A stretch of DNA of 63,589 nucleotides, the filler included, from Chiloscyllium plagiosum (Eukaryota): NCBI RefSeq assembly GCF_004010195.1. It is 5 parts of one record of this genome, joined end to end, with 100 filler letters (N's around TTAATTAATTAA, not from the genome) between each part and the next. Parts side by side here need not be neighbours in the genome. Positions count along the whole stretch, not along the records: positions 1 to 13,741 come from NC_057714.1; 4 more parts are not named here. One strand, given 5' to 3'. A program made the position numbers and the translations under genes. The first letter of the stretch is position 1. Each line of letters begins with the position of its first letter. Below the pieces are notes generated by a model. It searched no databases, was not told where the DNA came from, and saw nothing but the letters and a program-made list of their open reading frames with translations. Positions 1-13,284 of this stretch are shown one piece after another.

Positions 1-297
1 AGTGGCCTAACCAATGTCCTGTACAGCTGCAACATGACCTCCCAACTCCTGTACTCAATACTCTAACCAATAAAGGAAAGCATACCAAACGCCTTCTTCA
101 CCACCTTATCTACCCACAACCCTACTTTTAAAGGAGCTATGAACCTGTATTCCAAGGTCTCTTTGTTCAGCAACACACCCTGAGACCTTACCATTAAGTG
201 TATAAGTCCTGCTAAAATTTGCTTTTCCAAAATGCAGCACCTCACATTTATCTGAATTAAACTCCATCTGCCACGTCTCAGCCCATTGGCCCATCTG
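1..297 (-). mobile_element. CR1 (HER1-type) LINE ORF2 fragment
   Basis: Translates as WAETWQMEFNSDKCEVLHFG...RDLGIQVH, the CR1 RT C-terminal region. Confidence 0.9.
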
Positions 298-491
298 ATG
301 ACTATGACTCTAAGTGGTCGTGGGTTTGGAAGGTGCTGTCTAATGAGCCTCTGAGTTTCTGTAGTGTACCTTGTAGATGGTATTCCCTGCTGCTGAGCAT
401 TGGTCGTGGAGGGAGTGAATATGGAAGTTGGTGGACAGGGACGGTGCCAATCAAGAGGGCTGCTTGTTCCTGAATAGTTTAGACCTTAGAG

Positions 492-1610
492 TGTTGTTGG
501 GGCTGAACCCATCCAGACAAGTTGGGAGTATTCCATCACACTCCTGACTTGTGCTTTGTAGATGGTGGACAGACTTTGGGGAGTCAGGAGGTGAGTTATC
601 ACAGTTGACCTGCTCTTTTATATTTTAAAAAAAAGGTCTTTGCCTGGCATTTGTATGGGCAAAATGTTATTTGTCACCTTCCTGCCCAAAACTGGATATT
701 GTACAGATCTTGGACATGGACTGCTTCAACCTATATCAGAGAAATTGCAAATAATGTTATGTATTGTGCAATCATCACATTTAAGGTGATTGGAAGAAGT
801 CATGAGCTCAAGAGAATTCCTTTCTCAGCCCATTAAAACGTCCCGCAATCCACCTCTGACAGGCATAAGGTAGGGAGGTGAGTCAGTGTGGACTGGATGG
901 GCAGAGTGACCTGCTTCCACACAGTAGGGATTTTATGTTTCACAAAGCAGTATGTCTTACCCGTCCCTAGCTACCCTTGTGATGGGGTTGGTGATTGGCT
1001 GTTGTAAAGATAAGTTCAGATCTAACATAGACACCTTTTGTTTGATGAGTTGTTGTTGGGGCTGAACCCATCCAGACAAGTTGGGAGTATTCCATCACAC
1101 TCCTGACTTGTGCTTTGTAGATGGTGGACAGACTTTGGGGAGTCAGGAGGTGAGTTATCACAGTTGACCTGCTCTTTTATATTTTAAAAAAAAGGTCTTT
1201 GCCTGGCATTTGTATGGGCAAAATGTTATTTGTCACCTTCCTGCCCAAAACTGGATATTGTACAGATCTTGGACATGGACTGCTTCAACCTATATCAGAG
1301 AAATTGCAAATAATGTTATGTATTGTGCAATCATCACATTTAAGGTGATTGGAAGAAGTCATGAGCTCAAGAGAATTCCTTTCTCAGCCCATTAAAACGT
1401 CCCGCAATCCACCTCTGACAGGCATAAGGTAGGGAGGTGAGTCAGTGTGGACTGGATGGGCAGAGTGACCTGCTTCCACACAGTAGGGATTTTATGTTTC
1501 ACAAAGCAGTATGTCTTACCCGTCCCTAGCTACCCTTGTGATGGGGTTGGTGATTGGCTGTTGTAAAGATAAGTTCAGATCTAACATAGACACCTTTTGT
1601 TTGATGAGTT
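492..1610. repeat. Direct tandem duplication, 559-bp unit x2
   Basis: 492-1051 is repeated at 1051-1610; identical ORFs at 651 and 1210. Confidence 0.95.
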
Positions 1611-3249
1611 AGCCTTTTACAATTGGTACAACTTGTCAATCAAGTGTTTATACAGACTTTTTCCTTGTAAAGGGACTTTTCCATTGAGTCATACAACTTT
1701 GTCTGATCAATGATAAATAGTGCCACGCCCTAGTCTATCTCAGCCGCTGCTGACAGTGCACGCTTGTGAACTGAGGATGGTGGTGCTATTGATCAGGGAG
1801 CACCTGCACGGACTGGCTCACCTCTCATTCCTGGAAGCTGGATCGTCAGAGTACTGCTAGTTTGGAATTGTCCTCATCTCCTTCCAGGTGGGAGGCTAAT
1901 CTTTATAGTTTCTACTTTAAGAGATGTTTACGGTATAGTGTAAAGGCAGTCTCTGTGTGTCTCTGTCAGTTTTCCAAGGCTGTCTTTCCAAGTTGTTTGC
2001 CAGTGTTCGTGCTCTCACTGGTCTGACCTTGCCTAGTAGCATCTAGCTTATAAAGCTACACCTAGATATTGAAAAAGTGCTTATCACATATCCAGCAGCA
2101 CAAAGAAATCCACTCGTTTATCAGGTTGCTGTTTGTGGAGCCCTACTGTGTGGAAATTGTCTCCCTAAATGACTGTGTGAGAGAATCAATGACAAACCAT
2201 CAGTCGGATCTTGGTCATGGCCTACCATCACCACCGTGTCAGCATCCTGGGCTCGGTCTGAAATGAGTCCGAGTCCCCCATTAGAAGTGTGGTGTTTAAA
2301 TGTAGAAGTGTCATGACTAAATGTTTACCACCATTGCCTCCCATGAATATAGTTTAATTGTTACAAACCCATGAATTGACAGCAGTTCCCTTCGTTGCTG
2401 CCTGCTCAGCGTCTAGCACCCCTGATGAGCAGATGGTAACTCAGACAGCAGCTTGTCCTGAATTACAGTTGAGGGAACTGTATCTCTTTTTCCCCCGGCC
2501 GGAATTAAGGCAATCGTAAAGTCTGAAGCTGAATGCTTCTGCTAGTATCTGAACGACATCACTGAGTAGGTGTCACTTGATGACTAGTTCTGTGGCTTTT
2601 CTGATAATTGAGAGGATTGGATAGTAACTAGGCAAGTTTTTCAGTTGATCCTGTTTTCCTTATGGATAGAATATAAACGGGGAGTTTCCCGTGTTGGAAA
2701 TGGGAGTGCACAGATTTAAGGTGATTGGCTAAAGAAGCAACAATACCTGCAGAGACACTTTCAGACAGCAAGTGGTTAGGATCTGGAATGCACTGCCTGA
2801 GACTGTGTGGGAGGCTTCAGTTGAGGTATTTGAGGGGGCAATCGCATTATTACTGGTAAAGGCACAGTGTGCAGAGCTATGGAGGAAAGCTTAGGGAGTG
2901 GCACTTGGTAAATTGCTTCTACAGTTTGTTGATGCGGGTAAGTCTGTTCAAACAGCCTCCATCTGTACTGTAACTGTTGTGATTCTGTGATTATTGTAGC
3001 TGGATCAGCAAAGCCAGTGGATTCAGTCTTTGAGCACCAGATCTGGACGGTTGATTAACCTCTTGCTCTGCCATGGATGAGGTACGCATGTGGGGAAGAG
3101 AACCCTGAGCTTGACGAGAACAACAAAATATATTTTCTTGCATTGAAAAGAGAACTTGTGCCTTGTCTGTTATCTCCAGTCTCCTGTTACTTCGATATAC
3201 AGTAAACTGGCTGTAGTGTGACATACAGTCACCAGTTCAAAGCAGATCT

Positions 3250-3800
3250 AGACAGTTGTTGGAGGGAATCCTGAGGGACAGGATGTACATGTATTTGGAA
3301 AGGCAAGGACTGATTCGGGATAGTCAACATGGTTTTGTGCGTGGGAAATCATTTCTCACCAACTTGATTGAGTTTTTTTGAAGAAGGAGCAAAGAGGATT
3401 GATGAAGGCAGAGTGGTAGAAGTGATCTATATGGATTTCTGTAAGGTGTTCGACAAGGTTCCCCATGGGAGACTGGTTAGCAAGGTTAGATCTCATGGAA
3501 TACAGGAAGAACTAGCCATTTGGATAAAGAACTGGCTCAAAGGTAGAAGACAGAGGGTGGTGGTGGAGGGTTGTTTTTCAGACTGGAGGCCTGTGACCAG
3601 TGGAGTGCCACAAGGATCGGTGCTGGGTCCACTGCTTTACATCATTCACATAAATGATTTGGATGTGAGCATAAAAGGTACAGTTAGTAAGTTTGTAGAT
3701 GACACCAAAATTGGAGGTGTAGTGGACAGTGAAGAAGGTTACCTCAGATTATAACAGGATCTTGATCAGATGGGCCAATGGGCTGAGAAGTGTCAGATGT
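3250..3800 (+). mobile_element. CR1 LINE reverse-transcriptase fragment
   Basis: DFCKVFDKVPH, SGVPQGSVLGPLL and FVDDTK motifs. Confidence 0.92.
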
Positions 3801-4099
3801 TGGACTGGGGTGGGCAGAGTCAGAAATCGCACAACACCAGGTTAGAGTCCAACACGTTTATTTGAGATCAGAAACTTTCAGAGCATAGTCCCTTCGTCAG
3901 GCGAAGTGAGAGGGAAGAATACAGAATTTATGTGCAGAGTGATCAAAAGATCATACATATACTGTGAGTGGGGTGTCGAATAATGAGTCTCTGCAGGTAG
4001 CTAAGGGTGTTAGATGGGTCAGTAGATGCGGCTAGTTTAGTTTGTGAAACTTGCTTGGAATTGACAATTGTACTGAAGGATCTGTCTCTAAAACAGCCA

Positions 4100-4695
4100 T
4101 AACCTAAACACCACCCTTGGCATTCATTGGTATTACCATCACTCAATCTCCCAGTATCAGCAACCTTGGGTTTACCATTGACCAGAAACTCTATTAGATT
4201 CACCATATAAACAGAGTGGCTGCAAGAGCAGGTCAGAGGCTGGGAATCCTGCAGCGAGTAACTCACCTCCTGACCCCCCCAAAGTCTGTCCACCATCTAT
4301 AAGGCACAAGTCAGGAGGGTGATGGAATACTCCCCACTTGCCCTGGATGGGGGCAGCTCTGACAACACTCGGGAAGCTTGACACCATCCAGGACAAAGCA
4401 GCCGCTTAATTGGCACCACATCCACAAACATCTATTCCCTCCCCCACCGACGCTCAGTAGCAGCAGTGTGTACTGTCTACAAGATGCACTGCAGAAACTC
4501 ACCAAAGATCCTCAGACAGCACCTTCCAAACCCACGACCACTTCCGTCTAGAAGGACAGGGGCAGCAGACACATGGGAACACCACCCACTGCAAGATCCC
4601 CTCCAAGCTCCTCACCATCCTGACTTGGGAATCTGTCGCTATTCTTTTATTGTTGCTGGGTCAGAATCCTGGAATTCCCTTCCTAAGGGTGTTGT
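4100..4695 (+). mobile_element. 3' fragment of a second CR1/L2-group LINE family
   Basis: LLTPQSLSTIYKAQVR.VMEYS-type coding plus 3' tail; further copies at about 310-610, 18390-18640 and 37720-37830. Confidence 0.65.
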
Positions 4696-5368
4696 TTAGT
4701 GATAGCGTGCATTATGTAGTTAGATTTTGGTTGAACTAATATTGTCAGTAGCTTGTATTCCTACCTGATGTTTGTGTGTTTACTGAGGTCACCATTATGA
4801 CAAAGATTTGAATACTGAGGAGTGGTTTGTTCCTTTGAAAGTTTCAGTTCAAATGACAACAGCCTGGATTGGAGCTATCCCGGTGTTGAATATGCTATTC
4901 TCTCTGGATGCAGGAAGCTGAGTGCACTGTGTGGTTCTTTTTATTTCCTTGTAGACCTGGCTGTTCTAGCATCCTCCTGGCTGGTCTCCCATCTTCCACC
5001 CTCCGTTAGCTCAATCATATTGAAGACCGATTTGCATTTCTGTAGCACCTCTCATAGTCAAAGTTTGCAGCCAATGAAATACTTTTTGAAGTGCTGTTCC
5101 TATTGTAAGATCGGAAACACAGTAGCCAATCCGCACATAGCAACTTCCTACAGAGGGCAAGAAATGATCGAATTGAAACGCACAGGATTCCTAAGGAGTT
5201 TGACCGAGTGAATACTGAGTGGATGTTCTCCCTCATGGGAAAGTCCAGGACCAGAGAGCATAGTCTCAGAGTAAAGGGGCACCAATTTAAGATTGAGATG
5301 ATGAGAAGGGATTTCTTCTCCCAGAAGGTTAAGTCTTTGGAACTCCTTGTCACAGAGATCTGTGGGGG

Positions 5369-5544
5369 CAGAGTCGGCTCTTCTATAACACGGTAGTTTC
5401 GTTTTCATACAACCCCGTGTTATGAGAAAATTGCACGATAGCATTACCATTTGAACTAATGGGGCTGGAACCAACATACACTTTAAGCCCCCAATTTGTC
5501 ATTTGTGCACATTAACAAAACGCGTGTTATAGCAGAACCACCTG
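5369..5544. mobile_element. Probable MITE with imperfect terminal inverted repeats, inserted in an old CR1 tail
   Basis: ctataacacg near the left end pairs with cgtgttatag near the right end; it interrupts CR1 3' sequence. Confidence 0.45.
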
Positions 5545-8269
5545 TGTATTTAAGGCTGAACGTTGATAGATTTCTGATTCATTGGGAAGTGAAGGTGAGG
5601 GGAAAAGGCAAGAAAGTGAAGATGAGGTATGTCTGATCGGGGTGATGTGATTCAAAGATGAAGCAGGCTCAAAGGGCCTGGTAACCTACTCCTGGTCCTA
5701 TTTCTGATGGTCTTAATGGTAACATTGAGTAAGGGAGAAATATTGACCAGGACATTGAGGACATTCCCTCAATCTTCTTCAAAATAGTGCCCTGGGAGCT
5801 TTTACTTCCACTCCAACAGGCTGATGGGGCCTCCATTTAACTTCAGATCTGAAGGATAGTATCTTCACTGCGCTGGTGTGTCTGCCTAGAGTTTGGTGCT
5901 GGACCTGAACCCAGAGCCTTGTGACTCCAGGAAGAGTGCTACCAGTTCAGCCACAGATCATCCAAACTCAGCATGCTTCCTAACTTGTGCCAACTATCCA
6001 GTACTCCTGTGCTCACTGCCCTCCTCTTGCTCACTCAGTTTTAAAATTCCTCAACAAAAATAGAAATCATTGGAGGACCTCAGCAGCATTGTGAAGAGAA
6101 ATCAGAGTTCACGTTTCTCTAACAATTTGTTTTCGTTTTAAATTTTCAGCATCCATAGTTCTTTATTTTATTTTAAAACTCCTGTCTTTGATTAAAAATC
6201 CTTTTCCACTGCAAGCTACACCAATCCCTCTGAGATATCTGCACTGGCCTCTTGCACATGCTCTGTTTTAATCACCTCACCATTGGCAGCCATACCTTCA
6301 GTTACCCGGCCTTAAACTCTTAAATTTCGATCCTTAAACCTCTCTACCTCTCTCCTCTGTTGAGGCGCTCCTTAAAACCTGCTTCATTAATCAAGTTTTT
6401 GATCACTTTTTGAAAATTCATCCACAGGATGTGGGCATTGTGGGCTGTACCAGAAACTGTTGCCCTTGAGACGATGGAGGTGAGCTGCTTTCTTGACTTA
6501 CTGTAGTCTGTGTGCCGTACGTACACGCAATGCCCTTAGGGAGGGCATTCCAGGATTTTGACCGAGCAATACTGAAGGAATGCAGTTGCAAATTGTTGGC
6601 TTAGTATTGTTTGGACTTAGTTTCTGAGTAATAGTTGAACTGATGGTAAGGATATTGTCCTCTTTTTACGAGCTGCTGGTATTTCCATCTTGCTGAAATC
6701 TGCCCATGTTGCACAATACTTTATTAGCAGCCCCGGTCCTCCCCAACCGCAAAGAGGTCTCTGTTCCTGCATACCTTTTTTAAAATTGTACCATTTACTT
6801 TAGACTGCCCCTCCCCACCTTCCTACCAAGGTGGGTCACTGTATAATTGTCACCTGTCTAGGTACTGCAGACAGTACTGAAGGAGCACTGCACTGTCAGA
6901 AATGTCATCTTTTCAATTAAGCCATTAAGTTCCAACAGATGGATGGAAACAATCACACTGCCCATTTTGTTTCCTAGTGTCCTGGTCAATATTTATCCTC
7001 ATTCAGCCATAGGTCTGATTATTAGTCTGTTGCAGTGTGTGGAAGCTTACTGTGTGTAAATTGATTTCAGCATTTCCTGCATTACAACAATGACGATCTT
7101 TCAAAAAAGTTCTTCTTTGGCTTTTGGGAGAGCGTTGGGAGAGCATTTTAGGATGGTATGAGGACGTGCTAAGTGTGATATAACTAAGTCTTTTTCTTTC
7201 AAATAAATTACATCTGCCCTGCACATGTACCTGCTTGCTCCCCCAAGTCTGGCTGTGACTTTCTAAAGGCCACCACTACCCTCCTCGAAAACTTATGTTT
7301 CCCAGCTTGGTGTCATCTGTCAACTTTGAAATTCCACTTCATGTACGTACAACCCAATCATCAGAAAGAACATCAGCTCCTGAAGGACACTGCTGTATAC
7401 GCAACACTCCCCACCACACCCCCAGGAAAAACAGCCCCTTCAGTATTTTTTAGAACATGGTTTTTATTTAATATATTTCAACTTTTCAAAAATTTGTTTT
7501 TTCATGGGGTGTGGGTGTTGCTGACGAGGTCAGCGTGTGACTCCACATCCATCTGGCAATCTGGTTGACTCCGCTCAAGGGCAATAAATACTGGCCTTGC
7601 TGGTGGCACCCACATCCCGTGAAAGATTGATGCCCATCCCGAGCTGCTCCTCTTCAAAGTGGCTTGCTCACGTCCAGGGTTCATGGGGACAGACAGGAGA
7701 GTGGAGTCAAGCCTTCTACCTACCTTATTGAATGGGGCAGTAGACTCAAAGGCCCGAATGACCTTCTCCCACTCCCAAGTTCCATGTTCCATTTCGGGGG
7801 GCAGTTAAGAGGCAGCGCATTGCTGTGGATCTGGGGTCACATGTAGGCCAGACCAGGTAAGGATGGTAGATTTCTTGCCTTGACATTAATGAACCCAGTG
7901 AGCTTTTAGAACAATCAGTGACCCCCCCCCCCCCCCCCCAACCTCTCCTCTTGCCTGAGGTATGGTGGTTCTCGGGTTAATTCACTATCAGTCATCTGTC
8001 TCTCTAATGAGAGAGCAGCTCTATAGTCTGGTAAGAGTATGGGGACACATGGTCACCCATGACTAGCTTTATATTCCAGCTTTATGAATTGAATTTTAGT
8101 TCCACCACCTGCTGTGATGAAATTTGAGCCCATGTCCCCAAAGCCTTCGCCTTTGGAGTACTAGTCCAGTGACATTATGACCGAGTCACCATCCTGTGTC
8201 TCTTTCCTGTTTGTCTACTATCTCTTCCTTTACACTAGTGAAAACACGTGCAAAGTATCTATGTCTCTA

Positions 8270-9960
8270 CAAACACAGAAACCTAGAAACTAGCTGCAGG
8301 AGTAGGCCATTCGGCCCTATGAGCCTGCCCCACAATTGATCGTAGCTGATCATGTGATCTCGGTCTCCCACTCCCATCCTTTCTCCATACCCCTTAATCC
8401 CTTTAGCACCAAGGACCATGTCCCGCTCCCTGTTGAATATATCTAACAAACTGGTCCTAAAAGCTTTCTGTGGGAGAGAATTCCATAGGTTCGCAACTCT
8501 GGAAAAAATTCTTCCTTATCTCAGTGCTGAATGGATTACCCCACATTCTGGACTTTCCCAACATCAGGAACATTCTTCCCTCATCTAGCCAGTCTAGTCC
8601 CATCAGGAGGTTATGTTTCTATGAGAATCCCCCACAATCTTCTAAATCCCATTGAGTACAAGCCCACTCGATCCAGTCTGTCCTCGTACATTGATCCTGC
8701 CATCCTGGGAATCAGTCTGGTGAACCCTCAGTGAACTCCCTCAGTAGCAAGAATGTTCTTCCTCAGACTAGGAGACTGAAACTGCACACAATACTCAAGG
8801 GGTGGCCTCACCAAGGCCCTGTGTAACTGCAGCAAGCCATCCTTACTCTGATACTCAAATCCTCTCACTATGAAGGCCAGCATGCCATTAGCTTTCCTCA
8901 CTGCCTGCTGTACCTGCATGCCCCACCTTCAGCGACTGTTCCACATGACACCCAGGTCTCGCTGTATCTCACCTTTTCCTAAACTGTCACCGTTCAGATC
9001 ATAATATGCCTTCCTGCTTTTGTGACCAAAGTGAATAACCTCGCATTTATTCACATGATATTGTATTAGCCCACTCAGCCAGTCTGTCCAAGTCACCCTG
9101 CAGTCTCCTAGCATCCTCCTCCCAGCACACACTGCCACCCAGCTTAGTGTCATCTACAAATGTGGAGATACTGCATTCAATTCCTTTATCCAAATGGATA
9201 ATGTATATTGTGAACAGCTGGAGTCCCAGCACTGAACCCTGCAGTACCCCACTCATCATTGCCTCCCACTCGGAAAAGGATCAGTTTATTCCAACTCTCT
9301 GCTTCCTGTCTGCCAACCATGTCAATACATTACTTCCAAAACCAGGAGCTTTAATTTTGCTTTCTAAACTCGTGTGGGACCTTGTCAAAAGCCTTTTGAA
9401 AGTTCAGAAACACAACATCTGCTGATTCACCCTGGTTCACTCGACTGGTCACATCTTCAAAACATTCCAGAAGATCTGTCGAGCATGATTTTCCTTTAGT
9501 GAATCCGTGCTGACTTGGACCGATTCTGTCACCACTTAGAGTCATAGAGATGTACAGCACTGAAACAGACCCTTCGGTCCAACCTGTCCATACCGACCAG
9601 ATAACCCAACCCAATCCAGTCCCACCTGCCAGCACCCGGCCCATATCCCTCCCAACCCTTCCTATTCATATCCCCATCCAAATGCCTCTTAAATGTTGCA
9701 ATTGTACCAGCCTCCACCACTTTCTCTGGCAGCTCATTCCATACACTGTTCAGCCTCTCCCTGTAGCTCAAATCCTCCAACCCTGGCAACATCCTTGTAA
9801 ATCTTTTCTGAACCCTTTCAAGTTTCATAACATCTTTCCGATAGGAAGGAGACCAGAATTGCACACAATATCCCAACAGTTTCCAAATACTCCTGTTATT
9901 ACATCACTAATGATTAACTCCATTTTCCCTGCAACCAATGTCAGGCTTACCAGTCTATAA
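8270..9960 (-). mobile_element. Nested CR1 LINE fragments
   Basis: RT motifs (SGVLQGSVLG, FVDDTK, YCVQFWSP) and a younger CR1 3' end inserted at about 9536-9875. Confidence 0.88.
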
Positions 9961-10390
9961 TTGCCCATTTTCTCTCTCCCTCCTTCCTTAAGTGAGGTTA
10001 TGTTAGCTACAAGAAGATCCTTTGGGCATAATTGACCATACCTTTACCCTGAGTACTACTTAAGAATCATAATGGAATGGAATCCTGTTTAATCTATTTA
10101 AGCTCATTCCTTTTCTTTCCCTTGATCCTTTCCCGTTCCTCTCTTGCCCTTGGATTACTATATTGCTTGGATTAATACCACATGGATCGGTTGTCTTTAC
10201 TTGTGAGAAGTCCCTTAATTCAGTCTTGTCAAATATGATTTGATTACATCTGTTTTTATAAGTCAGTGACCCTGAATCAAAAGCATGTACCCAGTACAGT
10301 ACCAGTAATGTCTTAATCTCCACCCCAGCCCGTCCCAAAGACTGACACAGCCTGGAAATGCAAGAAAGATGGGTGGGCACAGGGTTTCCT

Positions 10391-10400
10391 TTTATTTATT
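10391..10400 (-). terminator. Double poly(A) signal AATAAATAAA of the basic-protein gene
   Basis: Plus-strand tttatttatt reads aataaataaa on the minus strand, 75 nt 3' of the stop at 10475. Confidence 0.55.
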
Positions 10401-10474
10401 GCAACCACAAGCAAGCAGCGGAGTTTTAAGTTGGTCTTGGAGAATCAGGAGAGGCAACCTATGCACATACAAGC

Positions 10475-10792
10475 CTAACACCGTAGGTTTGAGAAAATAT
10501 TCCTTTTCTTGGGTTGCTGCCTTTTTCTAGGCTTGTAATACAGCAGGTAGATTTGTGGTGGCACTGGAGAATACCTGCTGGTTTCTCTTGCTTGCTGATT
10601 TCGGCGAGGGGTGCAGGTCTCCTTTTTGGATCTGAAGGTAGGGCTCTTGTATCGCCTGAAGCATAGTTGTACCACTGCATTGACCGGGGGCCGTCGTTGT
10701 CTCTGTCTCTGTCTCGGTCTCGGTCTCTGGTACTTCCTTCTCCTTCGCTTTTTCCCGCGACATTTGCATTTGTAACCTTTTTGACATGCCAT
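10475..10792 (-). CDS. Small highly basic Cys-containing protein (105 aa), candidate sperm nuclear basic protein (protamine/transition-protein-like)
   Basis: MACQKGYKCKCRGKKRRRRKYQRPRPRQRQRQRRPP...PRKRQQPKKRNIFSNLRC*. Hand count: 23 R, 13 K, 6 C, 7 Y, 2 acidic. Start context aaccATGG; overlapping AATAAATAAA about 75 nt after the stop; lies in a repeat-free island. Confidence 0.6.
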   Translation of the reverse strand: MACQKGYKCKCRGKKRRRRKYQRPRPRQRQRQRRPPVNAVVQLCFRRYKSPTFRSKKETCTPRRNQQARETSRYSPVPPQIYLLYYKPRKRQQPKKRNIFSNLRC

Positions 10793-11554
10793 GGTTAAGT
10801 TGCCTCCCTTGACCCTGCTTGTCCACCCTTTACCCAGTCTTGCTATGTCTGGGCACAGTGGCGCCTGGCAATGAAATGATACAGCACATTGTGATGAACT
10901 GCTTGTGAGGTACTGATAGCAAGTGATCATCATCAAGCTGCCTTATTAGGGCATGCAGCTACATCCCCTGGGAGGGAGGGAGGGGGCTGATGTATTTATC
11001 CTGTATTTACTCAGTAGCTTACTGAGGGGCCTGTCTTCCTTGGTATGTTTGGACTGAGGGTATGTTGTTCTACCAGGCACAGTAGAATCACAGTCAGTCC
11101 GAGGCTTCTTGTATCTGTCACTTCAAGCTGTGACTAAGAGAGGAGGAAAGGACACCAAAGTTTTTTTATCCAGCTAACATTGTGGCCAGTATTTGGTTGT
11201 GATTTGTGATTGGTTGTGCTGAGAAGTGTGGGAAGCAGTTCAGATCGATGGAGCTACAGGTCAGGAAGATTATCAACCACCATCATCTACAAATAGTCTA
11301 ATTCTTCCTTATTGTAACATCCAAACATTTCTTAGAATGCTTTCAACACAGGAGGAGCTTATTCGGCCCATTCTATCCATGCTGTCTGTCTAAGAGAAGG
11401 ACTCATCAAGTCCCACATCCCCATTTATTCCCCATAGGCCAGTACATTCATCCCTTCAAATAAGGGTTCAAATCTCTTCTAATTGAACCTGCTTTCACTG
11501 CACTCTATCTGTTCTCACTAAACTCCTCATCTGTTTGAACCTCTCTAGTAAATA

Positions 11555-12145
11555 GAGTCATCGAGTCATAGAGATGTACAGCATGGATACAGATCCTTTG
11601 GTCCAACCCATCCGTGCCGACCAGATATCCCAACCCAATCTAGTCCCACCTGCCAGCATCCAGCCCTTATCCCTCCAAACCCTTCCTATTCATATACCCA
11701 TCCAGATGCCTCTTAAATGTTGCAATTGTACCAGCCTCCACCACATCCCCGGCAGTTCATTCCACACACGTACCACCCTCTGAGTGAAAACGTTGCCCCT
11801 TAGGTCTCTTTTATATCTTTCCCCTTTGCCCCCTAAACCTGTGTCCTCTTGTTCTGGACTCCCTGACCCCAGGGAAAAGACTTTGTTTATTTATCCTATC
11901 CATGACTCCCCCACCCCAGGGAAAAGACTTTGCCTATTTACCCTATCCATGCCCCTCATAATTTTGTAAACCTCCATAAGGTCACCCCGTCAGCCTCCGA
12001 CGCTCCAGGGAAAACAGCCCCAGCCTGTTCAGCCTCTCCCTGTAGCTCAAATCCTCCAACCCTGGCAACATCCTTGTAAATCCTTTCTGAATCCTTTCAA
12101 GTTTCATAACATCTTTCTGATAGGAAGGAGACCAGAATTGCATGC
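11555..12145 (-). mobile_element. CR1 LINE 3' end
   Basis: QFWSPSYQKDVMKLERIQK...LFSLERRRL followed by the (ctatgact)n-type tail. Confidence 0.9.
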
Positions 12146-13284
12146 GATCTCTGCTTAACATCTTCCTCTTCCAATAGGACTGTCCCAACGTCTGCACTCT
12201 CACCATGTACCTGAAGGCCCTCATCCCTGGAGCCAATTGTGTCAATCTTTTCTACACCCCTCTGCCTTCACATCTTTCCTAAAGTGTCATGCCCAGAACT
12301 AGATAGACTATTCCAACTGAGGCTACGCTAGTATTTCCTCCAGGTTTATCATCACTTCACATCTGTTCTGTACATTCCTATTAAGAAACTCAAGGGGACT
12401 GTATGCTTTAGTTCCCACTCTCTCTGCTACCTTCGGTGTTCTCTCTGCTCCTGCACATCCTTCAGCATTGTTGTCTTTGTTTTATGTTCTCGTTATTCTT
12501 TCCAAAGTCAATCTGTTCGCCCTTTCCTACATTTAATTTCATCTGCTACATGTCTGCCCATTCTATTCCTCTGTCTATGTTGTATTCAGGTCTGTCCCAC
12601 TATCCCTCACAGTGCTTTCAGATTTTGTTGTCTGCAGATGTTGACATTGTGCCCTGGGCGCCCAGCCCTAGGTTGTTTTGTATACATCAGGGAGAGCAAG
12701 ATTCCTGACGCTGACCCCGGGGGAACCTCACTATGAACCTTCCTCCAGTCCAAAAGCAGCCATTCATCTCCCCTTTTCTGTTCCCTTTTATATCTGTCAT
12801 TACTGTCCCCTTTATTCAATGAATTTTATCAAAACCCAAGTGTTGTTCCCATTTCTACCCCTCCTGGTCAGATTGTGCGTATGTACTCCTGGGTTCAAAG
12901 ACCAAATCAATTTGGCCAGAGCCAAAGAGCAGTAATGACACTGCTTGGTGTAGTCTATACACTGCAAAGTCACATCGAATAGGAAATCACGGACAGGTAT
13001 GAGAATTATAGAGTTGTAATATCTATTCTGATCGAGATTGGGTTGTAACATGAAAGACAGAGAAAGAGAAGCGTTTCTAGGTTATATTTAGAAAGATTTT
13101 TTGTGGAGCATGTTTCCAGTCTAACTAGAAAGTCCTGGCTGGGCCTGGTTCTTGAAAATAAGGTGGATAAAGGGAACAATTGTATCACTCTGGAACAGAG
13201 CGGTGCTGGAAAAGCACAGCAGGTCAGGCAGCTTCGAAGGAGCAGGAGAATCAACGTTTCGGGCAGGAGTCCTTCATCCTGAAC

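Noticed and set aside
10527..10826. Overlapping ORF with ETETETET repeat
   Set aside because: Alternative frame of the same hexamer repeat; weaker start context than the basic ORF and no independent support.
10793..10936. 48-aa N-terminal extension of the basic ORF in the ORF track
   Set aside because: Composition is unlike the rest, it contains an acceptor-like site, and the downstream ATG has the ideal Kozak. Not excluded, but not preferred.
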